64,000 nt of DNA from Saccostrea cucullata (taxonomy: Eukaryota). Shown here piece by piece: positions 12,451-24,400 of this stretch (position 1 is the stretch's first letter; each line of letters begins with the position of its first letter). The notes beneath the pieces were generated by a model, which was given only the letters and a program-made list of their open reading frames with translations, was not told where the DNA came from and ran no database searches. Made by a program: the position numbers and the translations under genes. Location of the stretch: contig NW_026932430.1 in assembly GCF_032062105.1 (NCBI RefSeq), positions 62,001 to 126,000 on the forward strand, read 5' to 3'.

Positions 12451-15400
12451 CTAACTGAATTCCCTGTTCCTGAGTACCATTGGAGCGATCAGTGTCCAGA
12501 GATACAGGACCACACACACCCAGGAGGACACGATCTTCACCCACACCGAGGGCATGTTGGCATTCAGTGTCTTGAAGTCAGAACTTGGGCTGTAAAAGAA
12601 CATTTGTAGAGTTAATACAGTCTATACTACATGTACCATCTATTTACAGGTAATTCAGTTTGTTAATACATTAGAAGGTAGCCCCAACCCCAGTTAAGAA
12701 ATCTCTGTCTGTTTATTTCATACATATATAAAAAAAAAACGCAAAACAAAGTCAAAAAAATATTTTTGGCCACTCCTGTACCTGTAGGCAAGTCCATTCA
12801 TATTTGAGAGTGAAGATTGATACCAGTATATAAATTTGACCTTATCTATACATGTGCGCATGTCCATAGTCAGGCATTTGTAAGCATGTCCAGATTGAGA
12901 CATACATTTGACCCATTCTATATGCCTGTTGGTAAATCCAGATTAAGACATACATTTCACCAAGCCTGTGTTTAACTGTCAGTCCAGCAGTCCAACATTT
13001 TATTCAGCTGTACTTGTTGGTCCATCAAGACTTGAGACATTATATTATGAACTTGGCCTTACTTGAGCTAGTTGATCTGCCAAGACTGAGACACAAACTT
13101 GACCTTCCCTGTTGATTAGTCCTGACTAAGACACAAACTTGGCCTAACCATACCGGTTGGCCAGTCCAGACTGAGATATAACCTTGACCTTACCTGTACC
13201 AGTTGGCCAGTCCAGACTGAGATATAACCTTGACCTTACCTGTACCAGTTGGCCAGTCCAGATTGAGATATAACCTTGACCTTACCTGTACCAGTTGGCC
13301 AGTCCAGACTGAGATATAACCTTGACCTTACCTGTACCAGTTGGCCAGTCCAGACTGAGATATAACCTTGACCTTACCTGTACCAGTTGGCCAGTCCAGA
13401 CTGAGATATAACCTTGACCTTACCTGTACCACTTGGTCAGTCCAGACTGAGATATAACCTTGATCTTACCTGTACCAGTTGGCCAGTCCAGACTGAGATA
13501 TAACCTTGACCTTACCTGTACCAGTTGGTGAGGGTCATCATCACGTAGAGTGATGCCAGAGCCAGCATGAAGTGGAAGAAAGAGTAGCTGTAGGCCACAC
13601 CCTCCTCTTCATTGTCCCACACATGTTGTTTCCCCTTCTCCTCATCACCAGAGTCAGAGGCACCTGTAAACAAGTAAACAAAGCACCTGTAAACAGGTAA
13701 ACAAGGCACCTACAGAACATGTAAACAAAGCACCTGTAAACAAGTAAACAAACATCTGGAAACAAGTACACATGTAAACAGTCATTAGCACTTCGTTCTT
13801 TTAACCTCTACATCGAAATACTGTAGAAGTACTTTTTTCCACAGGGTCATAATTTGCGGAATCTCAATTTCTGTTTAATCCGTGGGTAGAAAATTATGCA
13901 GATTTCTTAGACGGTCACTAAATGCTTTATATTTATATTAAGTACGCCTGGACAAATTTCCGCGGAAAATTTGTGACCGTGTACATAGCGTAGATTAATA
14001 CCACATGGAAAAAAGTATTCTACAGTAGCTGACTGAAACAAAAAGTGTACTGCAGGATAGAAGCTTCATTATGACAGAAGAGTCCAGCTATAACATTAAA
14101 GCTGTTTCGCATTTTTCCTATCTGGTAGTTCTATCATTATCAGATCAATATACTTTAAGTTTTATGACAAGGGAATTAACGAATCATGGGTTTATGTGCT
14201 AGTTTTCCATAAATAACACACTAAATGAGAAACTACGTCAAAGACAAAGAAAGAGCCTACTATACGTGCTGACAGATATTCACAAAAAATGAAAGAAAAA
14301 AAATTTAAGACACAAAGACATAACAAAAAATACATGAATCTCTAAAAATTACACACCCCTTCCAATCAGACTTTGATAAATTAAATGTAATACAGTGTAT
14401 ACCATAATTTGAAAAGAAATTTAAGTTAACAGTACTGTGGTATTCAAAATCTAAATAGATGGGAGTCAATTCAGTAACTTTCTGGTTAAAATATTAGATG
14501 TCACGAAGCATACACTGCTTAAACACATGCTTAAATTATTCAAATTTAAATTTCAAATATTATAACAAATATTATAAACTTCAACATTAAAGTAAAGGTA
14601 TTAAGATTAAAACTCAATATTTCAGTTGCTCTTGACCTGAGAATTATTTTATTATATATACATGTTACATTTATGTGAATTGAGAGAACTGACTGCATTT
14701 TATTATCAATGAAAATGGCTTTATTTTATTTATAAATTGAGCATATTTATCAACAGTGTCTGTTCTACTTCTTTCTAATTTAATGAAATATACTTCAAAG
14801 ATCTTTCTTGCAACTTGATCCAGACCATTGTGTGATAATTTCTGACAATATTTTACAGAAATTCCTTGTCCACAGTGGTGATAAAAACAGGCAGCTGTTG
14901 CAGAATTATGTTCTTTTATGAGATTCAAAGGTATAAAATCTACTATACAGTGTTTCAATGAGAAACAAATCTCAAATTCTCGCCACAATACGAAACTGGA
15001 AGACCTCAAAATTTCTAAAATAAAAGGCAAGTAAGCACAAATTTTACTGAACATTTACTCTACGATTTATAAAGTGCAAGCACTTCCATGACCTGAAAGT
15101 AGCATTTTAAATATATATAACATATACAAGAAATGCTACAATTAATCAAATTTACCGCTTTCTGTTAAAATTGAAAGCTGCCTGTTTTTTTTTTTCAAAT
15201 AGATTACAATTTAAGTATAGGGAATACACATTTTAATGCTTCGAGAGTAAGTACAAGTATATTTATGTGAAGTAAGGATATGTTCTCAACACTGACCAAA
15301 CTCTTCTACTCACCTTTATAACTGTCCCCTGTCAATTCCAAATACCATATACAAACAATTATAGCATGCAATTCCTAATTTATTTATAATTATCTTGTAG

Positions 15401-18400
15401 TAATTCAGTATAAAAATTGCATTATTTATGGCATTTATGCATTGTGCATTGCTTGTACTTGTTTGTTGATTAATACTGTAAACCAACTTTTATTCCCATG
15501 TGAGAAATATTCGTGAGTTTAGCAACCTACTTTTATCCACGAATATTAATCACCGTGAACCAATAATTTTGATAAGAATTTGTAGGAAATATTTCCATGG
15601 TCGTGAAAACTAATTGTAACAGATTGATTTCAAACTAACGCATCGCGAATAAAAGATGACGCAAATAATAGTTGGTTCACAGTAAACCTGGGAATTGTAT
15701 AACAAATCACTGGTACACTACCTCACTATGGGTAAAGTTTCATGTCATATAAAAACTGAACTTAAAACCTTCCAATATCTATTTTATTTCTAAACCATCC
15801 CTGTATTTTTTTTTAACAAAAGACTGTACAATTCTAACTTTGAATGTATATGCACAGGAAACATATTATACAGTGTACATGTAATACATGTCTCCAACAT
15901 AGTTCTATATCAGGGTATCGTCATTCTTGCAAGTTAATGTATACATATAATGCATATTACTTTATTCTTTAAAACTGGAAAAAAAGAGTTAAAAGCAAGC
16001 AATGCTTTGCAGATGGAAAACATTCGTGTATATTTTTAGTGTAAAAATGCATTGTCAAATGTAACTGTGAAACACAAGGACAATTACAACATCCATAAGA
16101 CAAGACTTTTATCTAAGACCTTATAAATGGAATGCATGCAATGCTTGCAATCTCTGAACCAAAAATTTACTCAAATTCAAATAATAATTTTGAGAAAGAT
16201 CTAGTTTAGAATCAAAATGAAAATTTTAGCATGAACATCTTTCTTTTAGCATTACATTGTACATTCATACCATCAATAAGTCGAGCATCACCTAAAATTT
16301 AGACAAAATATCATTCAAGATATTTAAAAATGTCCCTATAATCTAAGCAAGAACTTGTTGAGAATGTTATCATTTCTACCTCAATAACTGGATTTAGAGT
16401 CTCTTAACATAAGATCAGGAATTTTATTTATGTTCATTTATGAAATTATATTTGCCCCATACCTGAATCAGCCTGTAGAACGGTTCTTTCGGACATTGTC
16501 AATTTTCCCACTTGGCTGTTGCTGGAGGTACGGATGCTGTAAAAGATAATTATCAATGAGTAACACAAACCTGTAAGATAATCAGAGGGGGTGATATTCC
16601 AAGGGAGAGAACTCTTTGGAGAATTAACTGACCTAGAGTAGAGCACGGCCAGAATCCACAACAACAGGCCCAGCAGACTCTGGTAGTCAAAGCTGTTCTT
16701 AACATAGTCCCCACTGTCTGAAGCTGTCAGGGTGCCATTTGTAAAACTCAGGTTAGGGTTGCAAGTTGTGTCTAAAATGTTTGAAAATGAAAACTTAATA
16801 ATAGACAATTAAATAGCTATAGTACAAATCAATGCAGGTTGCATAAATCATCTAATAATACTTAGTAGTAATTCAAAAGAAAATAAATTATGAAATTTCT
16901 ATATGCATGTTTACAGAAAAAAGAAACACACCAGGAAGTATATCCAGATACATATACATGTATTGTTACCACTAGAAAAACAATTGATGATTTGGAACTG
17001 TAAGTGAATCAGTTGATATAAAACATCATTGAAAGGAATTAATTTTATTTTGTTTGCATGATTTTTTTTTTATAACTTGTTATAGTCCTATGCTTGTGTG
17101 GGTGGGTGGGAGGGGGTTAGACTGTATACCTGGATTGTTTGACATGGCAGACCAGGTGAGGTACATTATGTACAGAGTAATGATTGAGGACTGCAGCAGG
17201 CCAGAACGAGGGTTCACTGAAAAAGATATTACCAGTAAATATTCATAAAGTTAAACATAAAGATGGAAATTCTTTTTAGTTGCTGAACTTTTATTTAAAG
17301 AAGTCTTTAAGATGAATAAATCTTCTAACCATCTTGGATTTTGGGTAAAATGGCTATGACAGAAATTGCGACAGCCAGGATCAGATTAAAACTGATGAAG
17401 AATTTGTGTAAACCACAGCTCTCAGCCTGTGAAGAAAAAATAACAAGCTCCATTACTGTGTACACTGAACTGACACATGGAATACCATGTGCTATGCATA
17501 TCCTTAAAAAGTCAGAAGTATGAAGAGAAAATACTTCCTCTATGCACAAAAATAAGCCCTTGAACAGAATTGAATGACTTAAACAGTAACAAATTCCTGA
17601 TTGAGTAATGCATTTGAAAATTCTGAGAGTTTAGTCAAACACTTTTTTTTTAACATAATGTATAAACCAAGGATTTTACCTCAGAACATATGTATACATG
17701 TATGTGTAAATACTATCTGGTTTAGTCCCTCATTTTATGATGTCCTTTTCCTTTCAATCATACAACTCTTTCTCTCTTGCATGTATGTTTATAGTGTTAA
17801 CTATATACATGTACATATGTACAAATATGAGAATACACAGATTAAATATACTTACACTGCCATAGTAGACATAAAACAGGACAACTGCCACAATGGCCAG
17901 GGTATAAAACAGGAAGGTGAAGAACAACAAGCCTGTAAATCAAATATAGAACAGGTAATTAACACTCTCTGTAGGCAAACTTTTACATGTAATGACAAAT
18001 TAATGAGCATTAGGTACATATCAGTTGACTTGTCCAATCATTTACAAATAAGTATGAAGTTAGTGTATAATTGGAAGATGTAGCAAGATTTCAGTTTCCT
18101 GAGGCCAGAACAATTTTTGCTGAAGTGAGTATCTCTGATTTTTCAGCATTACTCGACAATAGGGACAAAAGTTTAATTATAGAGAAGAAGTTTCTGCATT
18201 TATCAACCAAAGTTTTTAATTTATTTTTACTTTTCAATTACATACTTGTACTTTTGTATTATGACATAAAAATGGCAATTAGGATTGAAAGCATGCAAAC
18301 AATGTTTTGAATGTTTTGAATTACATGTAAATATTTTCTAAAAGTAAGCATCTAAAATACAGCAAGGGTTCAGCTTACCAAAATAATAGCATTTAGCTTC

Positions 18401-21400
18401 TGTTTCCTCGTATTTCTCCACCCAGCTCTCTGCCCAGCCATGCGCGAAGTCGATCAGGAGAATCAGCTGGATGATGATGAAGAGGAAGGCTCCAATCAAA
18501 CCAATGTACATCCAGGCTGTAATCAAACAACCAATCAGATCATTCCACAGATAAATAGCCTTAAATCAAACCAATGTACATCCAGGCTGTAATCAAGCAA
18601 CCAATCAGATCATTCCACAGATAAACAACCTTAAATCAAACCAATGTACTTCCAGGCTGTCAATCAAACAACCAATCAGATCATTCCACAGATAAATAGC
18701 CTTAACACATCAGTGTATAGGTATAGTCTCTTGTAGAAAGGGCTTCTTACCATAATAAAACAGTATTAAGTGAAAATAATTCTAGAATTTCTTGTAAATG
18801 TCATAATTTTTATTTTACTATAATTTTAATGGAGTCTATTTTATTTGCAATATTTTTTGTAAATCACATATGTGTAACAATGTTTGGTAAATAATTCCGG
18901 ATAGGCAATCTTCTTATATTTGGGTCCGGCTACTATTTGTATATTACGTAATTTCCGCCCAGCATCTTTGTACATCCTAACGTGAACGAAAGAACGATAA
19001 AGTTAAAACTTAGCGACTTGGTCAGGAGAACAAGGTAATTAGCAATTATGTATTCATATGCTCATAGTAACGTTTAACGTCCCTGATCTTGTTAGTTAAT
19101 GTTTCTGATTTTACATATTTATAACGATTACTCTGTATGTAGAGCATTTTTGTACAAGCATGGCTAGTGTGGTTTTATACATGGCGCCATTTTGACCCAC
19201 GTGTAGTGAAATTTTGATTGATAATTATTAGTCCCATAGCAGTTTGTATTTTATATATCATACCAATTTAATGATTAAATAGAACTGACTTATTATGTAA
19301 ATTATCGGTTGTGAGATTATTTGTTGTGCACATGGAATTTTTGTGTCATGATTTACTTAGAGTTATTGCCCTTTGTACGGTAATGTAAGGCAAGGCGCCA
19401 AGTTTGTTTACATGTTTTAAGTGAAGTAGCAAAGTCATATTTTCTGATTGTCACTGGTAATATTTTATTGAGATTAAGTAATGAATTAAATTAAACGTAT
19501 AGATGTTATTCATATTACATATTACTAGTCAATTAGCTGATATTATTGAATATTGAACTCTAGTCTACATGTGTATGTATACCAAAGGGTCATCTTAGTG
19601 CATGTTTGTGTACTTAATGTAATTTAGATTTTCTTGTTAATTATTACTGATAAATTTTGTATTTGTTTTACAGTTCTTACGTTGATGTATCGTTGATGTA
19701 ACCATCCTGAACTAATAAAGACATCATCAGTATATATGAACGTTCCTTTTATGACCAAGCCACTAATAGTAAGAACTTGACTTCAGTCTCATCAAGATGT
19801 CAAAGGTTGATGACAAAACAACCCCGGATGGTACAACGCCTGATGTTACGGATACAGCTAATGGTACAACATCCAGCGAAAACTATGATACAACGATGAA
19901 TAACGAAAACAACGAACCAGTGAATAATGAGACACAACAAACGACAAACAAAGACACTTTACTTGTGGGACAGAGGAAGTCTGAACAGGTACATAAACCC
20001 ACCGACCGAATGTTAGATTACATGGACCAGGAGTCTAAGAGACGTGAAAAGAGGATTCAATTGTGCTTCGATCGATGGAAGTTCAAGGTCAGAGAGTGTA
20101 GACAAAATGTGAAAATAGAGTCCAGTGAAGAAGATCTTGGAAACATGTTAGACGAAATATTGAAGCTGGAAAGAGAGGTCATAGAGGCTTTTGAACATTT
20201 GCGTAATTCATGTAGTGCACCACACCAAAGTGTAGTTCGGAAAGTGGACGCTTGTGTTGCTATTTCTAAAGACATAACTCATCTCATCAATGAAAAAATC
20301 TCAGGATTTGAAGACACCATAGACAGTCGTAAAGGTTTAAAGCATAATGAGTATGCTAGGTCTGTGTTTAGTGACTTAAGTTGGTCTAGTGTCTCGGAGA
20401 GTGATTCGATAAAATCACAACTGTCCTCAAAGTTCGTGGATGCCCTCGCAGATGTAGCAACCAAAAGGGTAGAACTGGAGTCGATAAAGAAAGAAGAAGA
20501 ACAGCAAACAAAGTTTGAAGCACTGCAAGAGCAACAACGAAAACTACTAGAAACTCAGCAGCGGGAAGTGAGAAAATTGCAAGCAGAGAAATCAGTTGCA
20601 ATGGCAGAAGCAAGACTTAAGGCCTACTCGGATTTGATGCAGGGGGATGTGAACATTGCTGCAGCCACAAGCAGACGTCAAACTGAACATGACACTTCCT
20701 TTAGAAGACGTCCAACTGACCCCCCGGCTGTTACGACTATTGTTAGCCACCCTTCGATTACACCAGTCGTCACGTCTACTACTCGTCCTACCGTTACACA
20801 CACTGGGAGGTCTACGTATACTCTATTCAACCCACCTACTAACAACGCTACAGTCAACTCGAACAGCACCACAAACGATGATTCTACAACAAGTATCTTA
20901 GCAAAGGTGTTTGCGGACTCAGTGAACCTTAATAGACTACCTATACCTGAGCCGTCAGTGTTCACAGGAGATCCACTTAGATTCGTAGAATGGAAGACAG
21001 CCTTTCATGCATTGATAGAACGTAAAGGCATTCCTGAGCAAGAGAGACTATTCTATTTGAAGAGATACGTGGCGGGTGAAGCACTACAGGCCATAGATGG
21101 ATTCTTCTACAGTGGAAGCAGCTCTGCATATGAAAACGCCAGACAAGTCCTGCAGGACAGATACGGACACCCATTTGTTATGCAGAAGGCATTTAGGAAG
21201 AGACTAGAGAATTGGCCCAAAATCACAGAAGGGAATTCAAAGGCTCTCAGAGATTTTGGAGACTTCCTACTAGCCTGTCAAGATGCAACGCCTCAGGTTC
21301 CAAGCCTTAAAATTCTGGACGACTGCTCTGAAAATCAGAAACTATTAAGCAAACTTCCTAATTGGGCTGCACTGCGTTGGAATCGTCAAGTTCAAGAAAC

Positions 21401-24400
21401 TATTGACTCTACTGGTGAATATCCATTATTCTCCAAGTTTGTGGACTTCGTCGTAAAGGAGGCTCGCATTGCTTGTAATCCAGTCTCGTCAATCTATGCG
21501 CTCAAGGACACTGACACTAAACCTTCAAGAGAGCACAAAAACTCGAGTTGCAAAGCAAATGTCCTCAACTCATCAGCACAATGCAACGGGAACTGACATG
21601 AGACCCAACTTATGTGATTATTGTGAGAAAGAAGGACATCCCTTGTTCAAGTGTGAGAAATTTATTAACTTGTCTATTGAGGATAAACGAGTGGTAGTGC
21701 GTAAGAAAAACCTGTGCTTTGGATGTCTACGCAAGGGCCACAGAAACAAGGACTGCAAGAAGAAGCATACGTGTGGTATCTGCAAGGGAAAACACCCAAC
21801 CTGCATGCATGAAGATGAATCACCAACAAGAAAGCAACAATTAGAGGTCAAGGAAGCCAGTTCCTTTCGTGTGAGCAGAGGATATGGTCACAGCACTCCA
21901 TGATCGTTCCGGTGTGGCTTTCTGTTCAGGAGAACCCCTCGCACGAGATATTGACATACCGGTATGCTCTCTTAGACACACAAAGTGACACTACCTTTGT
22001 GCTAGACGAAACGGCTGCTGCCTTGCATGTGAATAGACAACCAACACGTCTCAGCTTGTCTACCATGACCTCACAGCACACTATCATTAACAGTTTCCGT
22101 ATACAGAACCTGAGAGTGAGAGGGTTCAAGTCTACGGAATTTGTGACAATAGACAATGCATATACAAGAGACTTCATTCCTGCGGATCGCTCACATATAC
22201 CTGAAAGGAAAACTATAATGTGCTGGCCACACCTGAAGGAGCTTAGCAATGAACTACCACCTCTTCAGTCATGTGAAGTTGGACTCTTGATTGGATACAA
22301 TTGTCCTCAAGCTCTTGTACCAAGAAGAACTCTAACAGGAAACGAGAACCAGCCATATGGCATCCAGACACTGCTTGGTTGGAGCGTGGTTGGATACACA
22401 GATCGCACAAACTCGGACGTTACTGTTGTTTGTCACAGAACTTCAGTGAAGGAGCTGCATAGCTGTACACCCAGGGATGTCATAAAAACTTTGGAGAAAG
22501 ACTTTGCTCATGACAAGAATGAAGATATAAAGATATCTCAAGATGACATCGCCTTCCTTAACTTCATGAAAGAAAACATACAGCAGCATGAGGATAAGCA
22601 TTTGGAAATGCCTCTACCATTCAAGGAGCGACCCTCCCTGCCCAACAACAAGTCACTTGCATTGATTCGCTTAGATCATCTGAAACGAAAACTTAAAAGA
22701 GACCAGACATATCAAGAACATTACAAGACTTTCATGAGAGAAGTATTGGAAAGAGGCGACGCCGAACCAGTATCGTCAGATGGTGTCAGTGGAAATACAT
22801 GGTATATCCCACATCATGGTGTTTATCACCCGAGGAAACCTGGAAAGCTTAGAGTAGTTTTTGACTGTTCAGCAAGATTCAAAGAGGCTTCATTAAACGA
22901 ATACCTACTGACTGGTCCGGATCTAACAAATGCTTTGACTGGGGTTCTATGCAGATTCAGACAACACCCTGTGGCTGTCATGTGTGATGTGGAGAAGATG
23001 TTCCACCAGTTTGTTGTACATGAAGCAGACCGAGACTTCTTACGACTCCTATGGTGGGAGGATGGAAACTTGGATGCAGAACCCAAGGAATATCGTATGA
23101 GAGTACACCTGTTTGGAGCGCCTTCCTCCCCAGGATGTGCTAATTATGGACTCAAGTTCTTAGCCAAAAGCCAAGAAGAGCAACTTCAAGCTGCATCATT
23201 CTTTATGCAGAATAATTTCTATGTGGATGACGGGCTCACCAGTGTTGAGACAGAAGAAGAAGCTATCAAGTTAATTCAAGATGCACAGATTCTGTGTGCC
23301 AATGGTGGATTGCGTCTACACAAATTTATTTCCAACAACAAGAACGTAATAAATTCTGTTGCTGAATCAGAGAGAGCGGCAGATGTTAAAGACTTAGACC
23401 TTTCACATGAACAATTACCTATGGAACAAGCACTTGGTATAAAGTGGAACATTGAAGAGGATGCATTTTGCTTCAAAGCTGTCGACCAGAATGCATCTCC
23501 TACTAGGCGCAGTATGCTATCCATTGTAGCATCAATATTCGACCCATTGGGATTTCTCTCCCCTTTCACACTGACTGGGAAACGAATACTGCAGGAGATG
23601 TGTCAAGGTAACATAGGATGGAATGACCCTCTACCCGCAGACAGACTACTTGAATGGGAAGCTTGGATCAAAGATCTACAGAACCTTGATCTCATCAAAG
23701 TCCCAAGATGCCTCATACCAAGTGATTTTGGCAAACCGAAAACCTTTGAGCTGCATCATTTCTCGGATGCAAGCACAAATGGCTATGGACAGTGTTCTTA
23801 CCTTAGAGTTGTAAAGGGAACGAAGGTACATTGTGCTTTAGTTATCGCAAAGGCAAGAGTAGCACCTCTAAAGGTTGTAACGATACCTCGCTTGGAATTG
23901 ACAGCTGCAGTATTGTCAGTGAAGGTCAGTTTATTTCTGAAGAGGGAGCTGAATCTACCTATCAACAGAGAATACTTTTGGACAGACTCTAAAGTGGTGC
24001 TTGGCTACATCAACAACGAGGCTCGCAGGTTCCACGTATTTGTTGCAAACCGTGTACAGATGATAAGAGATGCAACAAAACCTCATCAGTGGCTATACAT
24101 TGAATCTGCCAGCAACCCAGCCGATCACGCCTCGCGTGGACTGCGTGCATCTGAAGTTAATGATTCTTCATGGTTGACCGGCCCTCCATTACTATGGCAG
24201 TCCATCATTGAAAGCAAAGGTGTTGAAACAGAGTTGCAACTTGGAGACCCTGAAGTAAGATCTGCAAGAACTCTATGCACCAAAACAAAGGCTCATTCTA
24301 GTATCCTTGACATTCTGTCTCGATTCTCATCTTGGACCAAAATGATATCCTTCATCGCCAGAATGCAGAGACTCGCCAATGGTGTCAAGGGAACCTATCC

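Noticed and set aside
13145-13528. CRISPR-like regular repeat arrays (also 38758-39053)
   Set aside because: Head-to-tail tandem units with no unique spacers, in eukaryotic introns, with no cas genes.
15059-15092. Other AG..GT microexon candidates in SERINC intron 10 (also near 14260, 14360 and 16380)
   Set aside because: Lengths not divisible by three or in-frame stops.
21560-21903. Programmed ribosomal frameshifts around the zinc knuckles
   Set aside because: No clear slippery heptamer. BEL/Pao elements normally have one ORF, and Gag and Pol share a frame here, so indels are more likely.
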